Part shown: positions 26,301 through 35,334 of the stretch, in pieces
Layout of the letters: the number at the start of each line of letters is the position of its first letter
How positions within the stretch are numbered: position 1 is the first letter of the stretch
DNA from: an uncultured Mycoplasma sp.
Lineage (GTDB): Bacteria > Bacillota_I > Bacilli_A > RF39 > UBA660
Reading direction: 5' to 3'
DNA length: 59,010 bases
NCBI GenBank assembly: GCA_964470055.1
Contig: CAYXZZ010000002.1
Location: forward strand, 1 to 59,010
The notes under the pieces: generated by a model
Databases searched by the model: none
Told to the model about the DNA's origin: nothing
Seen by the model: the letters and a program-made list of their open reading frames with translations, nothing else
Program-made: the position numbers and the translations under genes

Positions 26301-29300
26301 CAGATTATAATTTCTTTAGAAAAAGTAACTTTAATAAATTAAAACTAAAGAATGATGGAATATCTATTGATTCATTTTATACAGAATTAACAGAACAATA
26401 TCCTAGTATCTTTAGCAAAGATATAGCAAATGAAGTTGATCAATTATATAGATTATCTGAGTTTATGGATGAAGACATTACGTTAGTGGAAAAGTATCAT
26501 TTAGATGATAAAGTACTTGATGAAGCTGCTAAATATATATATGATTCTATAAAGAATGAAGATAATATTGATGATCTAATTAATAGTATCTCAATATCAC
26601 CAAAAGAAATTAGAAAAGAAAAGACAATAGAATATAGAGAATTTGCAGAAAGTTTCTTAGAGAACTCTGATTCCTGGAATGATAAAAAAATGGGATTAAG
26701 TTATAAAGTAAATACTATGAAAAGAAACTTTTATGATGTTATGGGAAAAGCAGATGGAGAAAGAATGTATACAAACTTTATTGAACCTATCTTTAAACAT
26801 AACAGTCAAATGCAAAAAGATATTCAGTCTTATAACTCTAAAATTGAGAAATTAAAACTAAATGAAAAAGAATCAATTGCAGTTCAAATGTTTGGCGAAT
26901 ACAAATATAACCCAGAAACGTTAGTAACTGGGCCTCAAATCGACGAATTCATTGAGACTAACAAATTGGACTACAAAAAGATTTCAGAGGCTGTAGAGGT
27001 ATTTAGAGGTATTTACGACGAAGTCTTTCCTAGAATAAATAGTGTTTTAAAAGAACAAGGTTATAAAGAAATCGAATATAGAAAAGGATATTTCCCACAT
27101 TTTACGGGTGAAAGTCCTAATTCAACAATAGGAAAATTCCTTGAAAAGATGGGATGGAAGTTTAAAGATAATAGTATTCCTACAGATATAGCAGGTATAA
27201 CTGAAATGTTTAAACCAGGAAAAGTTTGGACTTCTTTTTCTCAACGAAGAAAAGGAAAATTCACAGACTACAATGCATTACAAGGATTTGATAATTACAT
27301 TCGTGGAGCAATGGAAACAATCTACTTTACTGAAGATATTCAAAAATTACGTGCATTAGAAAACGAAATAAGATATCAACATTCAGATAGTGGAGTACAA
27401 GCTCAAATCGATGAAATTCATTATGATAATTCTTTAACATTTGAAGAAAAACAAGAAAAAATAGATAAGATTTATGCTAAATACATAACTCCAATGAATA
27501 ATTTAGTTACAGAATTAAGAGATTATACAAATGGAATAGCAAATAAAAAGTCAGGTCTTGATAGAACAATGGAATCATTAACTAATAGAAAAGTATATAG
27601 TGTTATGCAAAACATTAGTAATAGATTATCAGCAAACATGGTAGGTTTAAATTTTGGTAGTGCTATAACCAACTTTATACCAATAACACAAGCGACATCA
27701 CAAGTTAAGACAAAGTACTTATTAAAAGGACTAAAAGAAGCTGTTAAAAATCAATATACTTCAGATGGATTTGAAACAAAATCTGTTTTTTTAACGTCTA
27801 GATTAAATGCTGCAGATAGATTATATAAGACAAAATTAGAAAAATTATCTAATAAAGCAAACTTTATGTTTGAAGGAATAGATTCAATTACATCAAATGC
27901 AATCGTTAGAGGGAAGTATTATGAAAATATTTCTAAAGGAATGGCTGAATACAATGCAATGAGAAATGCTGATGAATTTGCCAGAGATTTAATCGCTGGT
28001 AGAACAAAAGGTGAAATGCCTACTGCATTTAATTCTAAGAATCCATTAATAAGAATGTTTACTGCTTTTCAATTAGAAGTTAATAATCAATATGGATATA
28101 TGTTTAAAGATTTACCTAGAGATCTTAAAGATGAAGGACTAAATAAACTAATTGGTGGATTTATAAAAATGTTTATTGGAGCATGGCTATATAACCAACT
28201 TACAGAAAAAGTTGTGGGACGTAAATCAGCATTTAGTCCAGCTGATACGATAGAAGAGATTTATAGTACAGCAACTAATAAGAATCTAGATATTAAAGAA
28301 AAGTCAACAAAAATTCTAGAAAATATAACTCAAGATATTCCATTTGTTGGAAGTTTAGTTGGCGGAGGAAGATTACCTATTTCTAGTGTTGCTAATCCAT
28401 TAAATGTTATAAAAGGAGAAAGCACAGTCGCTGATGAAGCAAAAAAATTACTTTACTATACAGTGTTACCTTTTGGTGGAGGACAATTAAAGAAAACTAA
28501 TGAAGGTATCGCAATGTACGCAAATGACAAAAAAATTAAAGGTAGTTATACATCAACAGGAAAACTAAGATTTGAAGCAGAAAAAGATCCATTATCAGTC
28601 ATTCAAAATGTACTTTTTGGACAATATTCTAGTAAAAATGCTAGAGAATATTTCAATAATGCATATCTTCCTTTAGATGAAAAATCACAAAAGGAAATAG
28701 AATCACTAGATATTTCTGTAAGTGATTACCGTAAATATAGAGATCATTTAAGAGAATTATCAGATATTAAGTCAGATAAAGATGAAGACGGAGATCCAAT
28801 TTCAGGAACTGCTTCAGGTAAAAAAGCATATGCAATAATGAATAGTAACTATTCCAAAAAAGAAAAAAACTATCTATTATCTAAATTAAGTTCATCTGAA
28901 AAGAAAACTACAGTTAAGGATTTAGAGAAAATCTCAAATTCTGAAGAAACTTATAAGTTCTTTTATGGTTTAAATTATGAAAATAGAGAAAGATTCTTAG
29001 ATGAATTAAATTCATATAACATAAATTGTGATACTTTAGTTGATTATTATAAAAAAAGAAAAGAGTATCAAGAGGATTATACTTCTCAATTTAGCAAAAT
29101 TAAGATAATTGATTATCTACAATCATCTAAATTAGATGACAAGACTAAATATTATTTATATAGCAAAGATTATAGTAGTGAAAACGAAAAACTACTTTTG
29201 GATACTTTCAAGATTGATATTGACGATTATTTCAAAGTTATTAAATACCAAGATACAATTAATAGCAAGTATAGAAACCAAAACAAAGTTCGCAAAAATA

Positions 29301-29470
29301 AAATGTTTGGATATATTAATAATATGGACTTAAATTCTAAGCAAAAAATAGTCTTATTCAAAGTAGCTGGATATACTAATTCATCGACTAAGAAAGCAAT
29401 GTATACATATATTAATGGATTAAACATTTCAGCCAATGAAAAGAAGAAAATATTTGAGAGTCTTTATTAA
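23327..29470 (+). CDS. Giant (about 2050 aa) multidomain virion protein with zincin HExxH motif (polyvalent / internal-ejection or tape-measure-like)
   Basis: HEVTH at 24866-24880; Gly/Ala-rich hydrophobic segments near the N-terminus; N-terminal 60-nt tandem repeat; ATG 23327 preferred over GTG 23318. Confidence 0.6.
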   Translation: MKKNKREVEFEIGLDGTVVNSKKKNNNVEFEVGLDGTVRKNNLSSQKQKKTSSKKDEASVFKKIGKTIINIPTLMGEGAMKTVENVGDWANKASEVIDKPVKKALSKLILGYTDEEAEKFIQEELEANRKYREEDTTQNILDYVGWDDEFRQKYEKDSFVRSDNTAGQVVKAVGGMVPQLVVGQAAGSPLPTKSTVGLSTGKKILTTAGNVGKTALSTAPSNFVLATSAYGGALEEAYKAGATEDEAEKYAFLSTTTELATEWITGGIPGIEGTGIIDNGVKGLIDKSTGKLKGDVSKAMAKAILNFGYEAVGEGLEEAISEIVSPMIKNATYSEGEKIDWNNVFQSAIIGATVGGFLNAPGTISDYKNNLNSQKATLPTGTVSQQETNNTSIEGNPLINNQKATLPIANMTVNNAANTENNNSFEFVQSDNAKINNLRESASRYLDNSDASKSFISTAEKLVNDKGYNIVLDNSLTSPTGNQVNAQIKALENGEVEIRINPNSERAGEFLLVHEVTHSIETKEMVDLVMDYASKHSEFNDALEALKQTYGTDSITSEVLADISGQLFGNQEFINSLSLKKPNIFKRIYNSIVSLANKITGNSKESLFISNLKSKWENAYRQADVNTTKENLKNDEKLSLSKNALQEVSEVVKQTREQAEKDPRQFVKLKDNTIKSLVDYGIKDLPMLERSGHVRENILTEAEAKKLGYSVKNKHYHGLGVKKYLEIINSMDNPIAIYQYTEKGKYSNDNFIVVTPIEIEGKRSIVPVEINSKGQYNQVEIDFNKIKSSYLETKSNYLDNLLKEGKIKEIFTQSSAEQTSLSTNNIPQNEKNVNKFKEKTTKNNNNSDIKHSAESNSLWDEYIENNYKSTGTKTELNNIRKKDNVSTEQKLLDKKTDKITKKYEKEKEKSKKYITKNAAKILEFDNYNQKKEFQELITDYYGNPNYETIRKDIKEKFSEKRIEYINDELKEIKRHIRGTDLKVDDYVKKNLTDYNFFRKSNFNKLKLKNDGISIDSFYTELTEQYPSIFSKDIANEVDQLYRLSEFMDEDITLVEKYHLDDKVLDEAAKYIYDSIKNEDNIDDLINSISISPKEIRKEKTIEYREFAESFLENSDSWNDKKMGLSYKVNTMKRNFYDVMGKADGERMYTNFIEPIFKHNSQMQKDIQSYNSKIEKLKLNEKESIAVQMFGEYKYNPETLVTGPQIDEFIETNKLDYKKISEAVEVFRGIYDEVFPRINSVLKEQGYKEIEYRKGYFPHFTGESPNSTIGKFLEKMGWKFKDNSIPTDIAGITEMFKPGKVWTSFSQRRKGKFTDYNALQGFDNYIRGAMETIYFTEDIQKLRALENEIRYQHSDSGVQAQIDEIHYDNSLTFEEKQEKIDKIYAKYITPMNNLVTELRDYTNGIANKKSGLDRTMESLTNRKVYSVMQNISNRLSANMVGLNFGSAITNFIPITQATSQVKTKYLLKGLKEAVKNQYTSDGFETKSVFLTSRLNAADRLYKTKLEKLSNKANFMFEGIDSITSNAIVRGKYYENISKGMAEYNAMRNADEFARDLIAGRTKGEMPTAFNSKNPLIRMFTAFQLEVNNQYGYMFKDLPRDLKDEGLNKLIGGFIKMFIGAWLYNQLTEKVVGRKSAFSPADTIEEIYSTATNKNLDIKEKSTKILENITQDIPFVGSLVGGGRLPISSVANPLNVIKGESTVADEAKKLLYYTVLPFGGGQLKKTNEGIAMYANDKKIKGSYTSTGKLRFEAEKDPLSVIQNVLFGQYSSKNAREYFNNAYLPLDEKSQKEIESLDISVSDYRKYRDHLRELSDIKSDKDEDGDPISGTASGKKAYAIMNSNYSKKEKNYLLSKLSSSEKKTTVKDLEKISNSEETYKFFYGLNYENRERFLDELNSYNINCDTLVDYYKKRKEYQEDYTSQFSKIKIIDYLQSSKLDDKTKYYLYSKDYSSENEKLLLDTFKIDIDDYFKVIKYQDTINSKYRNQNKVRKNKMFGYINNMDLNSKQKIVLFKVAGYTNSSTKKAMYTYINGLNISANEKKKIFESLY

Positions 29471-29483
29471 AGGAGGGGAATAA

Positions 29484-30824
29484 ATGGGACAAAATTATAC
29501 TCCTAAATATGATAATGAAAACATAACATTTGGTTATTTGAAAAAATTATTAGGAAATTCAATAACAAATGTTACTGATAGTGAATCTCAGATTATAAAC
29601 TTTTGTAAAAATTATGGTAGTACTCCAATTCCACCATATAATGAGGGTGATACCTGGACAACTAATGATAAGATATACAAATGTAAGAAGAGCCGAGAAA
29701 TCGGCTCTTTTAATATGTCAGATTGGACACTAATATACGATAAGACAACCAACGAAATAATTTCAAATAATTTTCTATTTCTATCATCTGTAAAACTAAT
29801 AGATAGTTCTGATAACAAGATAGAAACATTTAGCCAATATGATGATCCATCATTAAATTGGGAAAGTAATGAAATAAAAGATATGCATTTAGGAGATTAT
29901 TATCAAAACTTAAATACATATAAGACATATATCTATTCTCTAATAGACAACGAGTATATTTGGGAAGAGATAAATGTTACGACAATAATATTTGATTCTG
30001 TAACTGGTCATAGAAATATATTTTTAAAAAGACCGGATAGTTATACTGAAGGTGACATTTGGAGAATTAATAATGTTGATGATATTCAATTATATTCAGG
30101 TGCTCAACTTAATGATTTCTTTAGAGCAAAAAATACAAATACTGAATTTTTAAGTAGCGATTTTGACAGAATCACTGATGAATTATCATTGAAAGCTAAT
30201 ATCTATTCACAAGCCGGAATTCTTATTCTTTCTGAAAAATTATTAACTAATCTTCAGTATGTTTCTTCAGGTAGATATAACGGATATGACTTATTAGGAT
30301 TTAATAAGTATTACACCGTATCGGGAACAGCAATCGATAATTCTGATTTAGCTCTTGATGTTGATCTACCAGATAACTTTAATGTAGTATCCGCATATAT
30401 AACTGTATTTCATACTCCTGTGTATTGGAATTATTGGGATACAGATACACAAGCATCAACAGATAAATGGGGTTATTCAAGAAATATTAGATTATACAAA
30501 ATGATTAGCGAAAACAATTTTAAACTATACATGGCTTTTGCTAATGAATATAGAATGGAATTTTTAAGCTCTGAAATAGAAGAAATAGAAAATGCATTTA
30601 GAGAAACATCGTGGAATCCAGCTAATACAGAAGGAACCAGTATCGAAAAGAAAACAACATTTAATATAAAGTCTTATTTGAATCGAACTGGCAAAACAAA
30701 ATTAATAATAAGAACTGGTGATGAATTACCAACAACAGATAATGATATTGTTTCAAAAACAGGAATGGCAAGAGCTGTAATAAATATATTAGGATATATT
30801 GATCCAAAAGGAGGGAATATTTAA
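29484..30824 (+). CDS. Tail fibre / receptor-binding candidate
   Basis: 446 aa after the giant protein; AAGGAGGGGAA RBS. Confidence 0.4.
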   Translation: MGQNYTPKYDNENITFGYLKKLLGNSITNVTDSESQIINFCKNYGSTPIPPYNEGDTWTTNDKIYKCKKSREIGSFNMSDWTLIYDKTTNEIISNNFLFLSSVKLIDSSDNKIETFSQYDDPSLNWESNEIKDMHLGDYYQNLNTYKTYIYSLIDNEYIWEEINVTTIIFDSVTGHRNIFLKRPDSYTEGDIWRINNVDDIQLYSGAQLNDFFRAKNTNTEFLSSDFDRITDELSLKANIYSQAGILILSEKLLTNLQYVSSGRYNGYDLLGFNKYYTVSGTAIDNSDLALDVDLPDNFNVVSAYITVFHTPVYWNYWDTDTQASTDKWGYSRNIRLYKMISENNFKLYMAFANEYRMEFLSSEIEEIENAFRETSWNPANTEGTSIEKKTTFNIKSYLNRTGKTKLIIRTGDELPTTDNDIVSKTGMARAVINILGYIDPKGGNI

Positions 30825-31202
30825 ATGTTTAAACAAGACAAAAAAGAGCCAACTATTATAAAATGCAATCGTGGAAACAAGGGGAGTATTACTGTTCGCA
30901 AAAAAAATAAGAATACAGGAGAGTTTGAAAAATTTAATGCAGGGGATAAAGTTGTTCTTTCAGTTAAGCAAAATTTTGCTGAAGAAGAGCCTGCAATAAG
31001 AAAAATAATAGAAGTAACTGAAGAAACTGATTCAGTTACTTTTTCTTTATCAAAAGATGATACTACAATTGGGGAACTAATTTCAGAACCAGTAACATAC
31101 CAATATGATATCGCAATAAACGATGACAATACAATATTAGGATATGATGACGATGGTCCAAAGAAGTTTATTGTTTATCCGGAAGGAAGTAATGACCAAT
31201 GA
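30825..31202 (+). CDS. Small structural protein
   Basis: 125 aa, coupled to neighbours. Confidence 0.4.
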   Translation: MFKQDKKEPTIIKCNRGNKGSITVRKKNKNTGEFEKFNAGDKVVLSVKQNFAEEEPAIRKIIEVTEETDSVTFSLSKDDTTIGELISEPVTYQYDIAINDDNTILGYDDDGPKKFIVYPEGSNDQ

Positions 31203-32518
31203 TTGAAATTGAGAATACAATTGAATTAATAGCAGAAATCGAAACCAATGAAGCGGATATAGAAGCTGAAATTTCTAATGTAGGTCCGCAAGGACCTGCT
31301 GGTAAAACCCCAAAAATAAAAATAGGAACAGTAACAACTTTAGAGCCTGGAACTGAAGCTACTGCATCAATCCGCGGTACAGATGAAGAACCAATTATTG
31401 ATTTTGGCATACCACGAGGAACTGATGGCAATGTAGAATTTGAAAATTTGACTGAAGAACAGAAAAATGAATTAAAAGGTGCCCCTGGTAAAACACCAAG
31501 TATCCAAATAGGAACAGTAGCAACCTTAGAATCCAATGAAAATGCAACGGTAACAAGAAGTGGTACAGATGAAGAACCACTTTTAAATTTTGGTATACCA
31601 AAAGGAGAAGGACTAAAATATGTATATCTTGAAAGTGGAGTAGGAACATCAACTTCTAAGCCAATAATATTTGCAGAACGTATTCCGGGAATATATCTTT
31701 TTCCTGCTCAATCTGGACAAATTACTTTATATGCTAAAGCTTCTTTAGACTGTACAAGTGTTAATTATAGAGAAATTCATTTTAGAGAATTGATTATTAT
31801 AAAAAATATAGTAGAAGCAGAAGAAAAAGAATGCGTTGGATATTGTGTAGATTCAGGATTGGATTTATGTTTTGTTTTAAAAGACAGTACACTACCTTCT
31901 GGAATTTTTTTTCAATCACGTACTGTAACAAGTCCATATGCAAAACGAAGTGGTGCCAATATTACCGGAACATATACCTTTTCATATTATTTGCCGAAGT
32001 GCACAGAAGTTCCCACAGATGACGCACATTTAATAAATAAAAAATATGTAGATAATCTTTTAGTTGAAGTCAATTCAAAACTCTTAGATAAAGTTGAACA
32101 GACAGATATTGATTATTTAATTGCTGACATTGTCGAATTAAACGACTCTGTTAGATATTTAATATATAGTGATTACGAAGCTAAAAAAACAGGACGAAAA
32201 ATTGATGATAAAGAAGAATGGTGTAAAATCTCTAATTTCACGTTAGGACCTAATGTGGAAACATGGTATCCAATTTGTGAAATTCCAAAAAATGCAATCA
32301 GACGAAGATATTTTGCTTCGGTCAATGTAGAAGGAAACAGTTATGATTTTCCGTTTTGCTATCCTAATAAATCTACTGGAACCACACAGGCAATTACAAC
32401 TTATTATAATCAAGAAACAGGAATATTATATGCAATGTTTAACTACGATTATGTTGCAAATGCAAGCGGAACAGTTGAAATCTATTATACAGAAAGTGAA
32501 ACGGTTGAAATAGAATAA
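31199..32518 (+). CDS. Tail fibre with collagen-like G-x-x-G plus duplicated beta module
   Basis: GPQGPAGKTPKIKIGTVTTLEPG...FGIPRGTDG and GAPGKTPSIQIGTVATLESN...FGIPKGEG, a module common in Firmicute phage fibres. Confidence 0.7.
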   Translation: MIEIENTIELIAEIETNEADIEAEISNVGPQGPAGKTPKIKIGTVTTLEPGTEATASIRGTDEEPIIDFGIPRGTDGNVEFENLTEEQKNELKGAPGKTPSIQIGTVATLESNENATVTRSGTDEEPLLNFGIPKGEGLKYVYLESGVGTSTSKPIIFAERIPGIYLFPAQSGQITLYAKASLDCTSVNYREIHFRELIIIKNIVEAEEKECVGYCVDSGLDLCFVLKDSTLPSGIFFQSRTVTSPYAKRSGANITGTYTFSYYLPKCTEVPTDDAHLINKKYVDNLLVEVNSKLLDKVEQTDIDYLIADIVELNDSVRYLIYSDYEAKKTGRKIDDKEEWCKISNFTLGPNVETWYPICEIPKNAIRRRYFASVNVEGNSYDFPFCYPNKSTGTTQAITTYYNQETGILYAMFNYDYVANASGTVEIYYTESETVEIE

Positions 32519-32531
32519 GAAAGGAGTAAAA

Positions 32532-32873
32532 ATGGATAATGAAGAATTCCTAAAAATGGAAAGAGAACTAGGAAGAATAGACGGAAGTGTAAAATCTGCT
32601 CATAGGAGAATTGATTCTTTAGAAAAAGTTGTTAATGTTGTATATGAATTATCATCAAGTGTTAAAGTCATGGCAGAAAAAATGAACTATATGAATGATA
32701 ATATATCAGATATTAAAAACAGTGTAAAAAATGATATATCTAATATTAGATCTAATATAGATGAATATCATCATAAAGAACCAAATAAATTAATATTTAA
32801 TGCAAAAAATGCAGTAATAACAGGAATAATTGCAGTATTAGTAGCAGCAATAATGGGATTAATTTTAAAATAG
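32532..32873 (+). CDS. xhlA: XhlA-like lysis-associated protein
   Basis: 113 aa: N-terminal coiled coil plus C-terminal TM helix AVITGIIAVLVAAIMGLILK, directly upstream of the holin. Confidence 0.6.
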   Translation: MDNEEFLKMERELGRIDGSVKSAHRRIDSLEKVVNVVYELSSSVKVMAEKMNYMNDNISDIKNSVKNDISNIRSNIDEYHHKEPNKLIFNAKNAVITGIIAVLVAAIMGLILK

Positions 32874-32885
32874 GAGGAAATAAAA

Positions 32886-33272
32886 ATGATAGATTTATTA
32901 ATTGGATTAGTAGCTGCAATGGTTGCTAATTTTTTATTGGGAACAAATTTAGCAACATTGAAGGATGAATTTGATAAAAAGAAAATGTTATCTGGTCTTT
33001 TAAAGATTGGTGGAGTGGTGTTAGGAGTAGGTGCAATGTTAGGTTGTGCATACCTAACAAAAGATATTATGGTTATTAACATTAATAATCAAAATGTAAA
33101 CTTGTTAGATGCAATGAGAATGATTTTTGTTTCTGGAATTACTTATTATGGTGCTCAAGATGTTAGCAAATTAATAAAGATATTAAATGTCAAAGTTCCA
33201 GTAGCAGAAAAAACAGAAGAAAACACAATAACAATAGCTGAACAAAACATTATTGAAATTGAGGAGGAATAA
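32886..33272 (+). CDS. Holin
   Basis: 128 aa, three hydrophobic helices, charged C-terminus, upstream of the endolysin. Confidence 0.7.
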   Translation: MIDLLIGLVAAMVANFLLGTNLATLKDEFDKKKMLSGLLKIGGVVLGVGAMLGCAYLTKDIMVININNQNVNLLDAMRMIFVSGITYYGAQDVSKLIKILNVKVPVAEKTEENTITIAEQNIIEIEEE

Positions 33273-33273
33273 T

Positions 33274-34227
33274 ATGGAAAAGCCAATGTATCCTAGTAAG
33301 ATTATTAGGATTACTCAGCGCCACGGAATAGGAAGCCATAAGAGAAATTATGCATTTGATGAAGCAAGCCAAGATGGTGGAATAAGTGGCCTAAGTGCTC
33401 CGTTCACAGGTACAATAAAAAAGATTTATCCACAAGATGCTAATGAGGTATGGCTTGAAAGTATTGAGCCAGTAGAATATCCAGATGGAACTATTGATTA
33501 TATGACCATATTGTTTGCTCATTGTAATGATGTTTCACATTTGCATGTTGGACAAGTTATTAAGCAAAATGAAATATTTTATTCTGAAGGAACTAAAGGT
33601 CAAGCGACTGGAAACCACTGCCATATAGAGTGTGGAAAAGGTAAATTTAGTGGAACAGGTTGGCATAATGATAATGGATCGTGGGATATCAATAACGGAA
33701 AGTGTGTTGAGGAATGCTTATGGATTGATGATAGTTATACTGTAAAAGAACTTGCAGGATATAATTTTAGAAATATAAAAGAAACAGAAGTTAAGAAACT
33801 GGGAACGCCAGTCGAAAGAAATGAATTGGTTGAGCAAGTAAGAGTATTTAATGAAACAATAGTACTGAGAGCTAGAAAAACGCCAAATGGAGAAGTTTTA
33901 GGACATATTATTCCTGGAATATATAACATTCTAGAAAAAGCATCAGCGGGAGATTATGAATGGTTTAGAGTTGAAAATGATTTATGGTTTGCATTCTCGG
34001 AAGAATGGATGGAACTATTAGAAGTAAAAAGTCCGGATAAGAGTGGACAAAATGAAGAAAAACCGGACTCTGCAGAAGAACTGCAAAAAGAACTAGATGC
34101 AGCATATGCAGAAATTGCAGCATTAAAAGAAAAATTAGCTAATGCTCCTAAATTGATTTTTGAAAGTACTAAACTTGATTATTATGCAATTCAATTAAAA
34201 GAAAATCAAAAATTGTACTTAGGATAA
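33274..34227 (+). CDS. Endolysin: M23 (LytM-type) peptidase plus SH3-like wall-binding domain plus C-terminal coiled coil
   Basis: GSHKRNYAFDEA and GNHCHIE metal-ligand blocks; ATG 33274 after GAGGAGGAA. Confidence 0.75.
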   Translation: MEKPMYPSKIIRITQRHGIGSHKRNYAFDEASQDGGISGLSAPFTGTIKKIYPQDANEVWLESIEPVEYPDGTIDYMTILFAHCNDVSHLHVGQVIKQNEIFYSEGTKGQATGNHCHIECGKGKFSGTGWHNDNGSWDINNGKCVEECLWIDDSYTVKELAGYNFRNIKETEVKKLGTPVERNELVEQVRVFNETIVLRARKTPNGEVLGHIIPGIYNILEKASAGDYEWFRVENDLWFAFSEEWMELLEVKSPDKSGQNEEKPDSAEELQKELDAAYAEIAALKEKLANAPKLIFESTKLDYYAIQLKENQKLYLG

Positions 34228-34247
34228 TTTTATTAATTAAAAATAAA

Positions 34248-34294
34248 AGTACTGTAGATTCGTTAAATTAACGGTTTGCAGTACTCTTTTTTTT
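34248..34294 (+). terminator. Terminator of the late/lysis operon
   Basis: Long hairpin AGTACTG...CAGTACT with inner stem CGTTA/TAACG, then a T9 run. Confidence 0.75.
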
Positions 34295-34326
34295 ATGCAA
34301 TAATCACTCACGAAAGGAGGGATTAT

Positions 34327-34503
34327 ATGTATAGAACTTGTATTTTAAATGAACAACAAGTAGCAGAATTTAACCAAGTTTATAATACTAATCTTGTTAG
34401 TATTATGATCCAACAAAAAGGCAATAAGTATTTTGCAATATTAGATTGTGATATCAAAAAGAAAATATATAAAAAAGAAGCAATAAAGTATTTTTGTGCA
34501 TAA
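34327..34503 (+). CDS. 58-aa hypothetical protein (accessory region)
   Basis: ATG 34327 after AAAGGAGGGA; the track start at 34276 lies inside the terminator. Confidence 0.45.
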   Translation: MYRTCILNEQQVAEFNQVYNTNLVSIMIQQKGNKYFAILDCDIKKKIYKKEAIKYFCA

Positions 34504-34654
34504 AATATAGAAAAAATACTAAAAAATGTTAAAAAAATATACTTTTTGTGAAAAAATTTACATTTTTTAGTAAAAAAGTTCTTGTCAGGGAAAAAAAACT
34601 GATATACAATTTAATTACAGAAGTCATCAAAAACTTTCTAAAAAAGTTTGTTAT

Positions 34655-34683
34655 TTGACTTTTTGTATAATATGTGTTATAAT
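34655..34683 (+). promoter_or_regulatory. Strong sigma-A promoter TTGACT-N17-TATAAT with TGn extension
   Basis: Consensus hexamers; a second weaker TTGTCA-N17-TACAAT lies at 34582-34610. Confidence 0.7.
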
Positions 34684-34689
34684 ATGCAA

Positions 34690-34876
34690 CACATATCTTG
34701 AAGAAGTCTTTCTTCAGATATTATACAATGTTGATTGCATTGAGAAGAGTAATCGATGAACATGTTAGACAATCAAATTTGTGTACATTGAGCGAATAGC
34801 AGCAAGAAGCGTCATGCGATGAATGTGTAAGTCTATTCAGTTGAGAAAGAAGCTTCTGCTTCTTTCTTTATTTTTG
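34690..34876 (+). ncRNA. Candidate ToxI-like antitoxin RNA
   Basis: No ORF or RBS. Contains a 5' hairpin (34693-34721), two related ~45-nt stem-loop units (34731-34776, 34794-34838) and a terminator (34843-34876). Closing stems covary (TTGATTG/CAATCAA versus GAATAG/CTATTC) around conserved RAGAAG...CGATGAA...TAAG blocks. The terminator stem is GAGAAAGAAGC/GCTTCTTTCTT followed by a T run. Confidence 0.55.
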
Positions 34877-34895
34877 TATTCAGGGAGGTATTTTA

Positions 34896-35297
34896 ATGGG
34901 AAAAAAAGCAATTGTAAATGGATGCGTATATCATATTAATTTTGGTAGAACATTTCATCCAGAATTAAAGAGTAAACATTTAGGTATTATATTTGAAATT
35001 CCATCAACAAATAATATGTTATTTTGTTTACCTTTAACAAGTCCTAAAGAAAAACATTTCAAAACTTTAGATGACTTTAATAATAGGAACGTAGCTGCAT
35101 TAAAATATCCTCATTTATATTATATAAAAGAAACAGATTCAATGATTTTAATGGAACAATTTAGAACGATTTCTATAAATAGACTTGAATCACAATATAA
35201 GAATCCCGTATCAAAACAAAAAGTTGTATTATCTGATACAGAACGAGCAAAAATATTAAAAGCATTTAATAAAGTGCTAAAAAACATTTTAAAATAA
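34896..35297 (+). CDS. ToxN/AbiQ-like type III toxin (Kid/MazF-fold endoribonuclease)
   Basis: 133 aa. GGGAGG RBS. The HLGIIFEI-x9-LPLTSPKEKHF core (TSPK at 35037-35048) matches the remembered ToxN GIVLEI...APLTSPKKWH. The N-terminal GCVYHINFG and the later EQFRTISINRL are MazF-like. Confidence 0.6.
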   Translation: MGKKAIVNGCVYHINFGRTFHPELKSKHLGIIFEIPSTNNMLFCLPLTSPKEKHFKTLDDFNNRNVAALKYPHLYYIKETDSMILMEQFRTISINRLESQYKNPVSKQKVVLSDTERAKILKAFNKVLKNILK

Positions 35298-35334
35298 TGC
35301 ATAAAAAAATATAATGGTAATATATTAATAATGC

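Noticed and set aside
30821-31652. Minus-strand ORFs 30821-31129, 31168-31536 and 31395-31652
   Set aside because: Antisense shadows of the fibre genes; the Pro/Gly/Ser-rich translation mirrors the collagen-like repeats.
34896-35297. Reading the 133-aa protein as a type II MazF/PemK toxin
   Set aside because: MazF-like blocks are present, but no antitoxin ORF exists on either side. The LPLTSPK core plus the upstream structured, terminator-capped RNA fits type III better. This remains to be confirmed by profile search.
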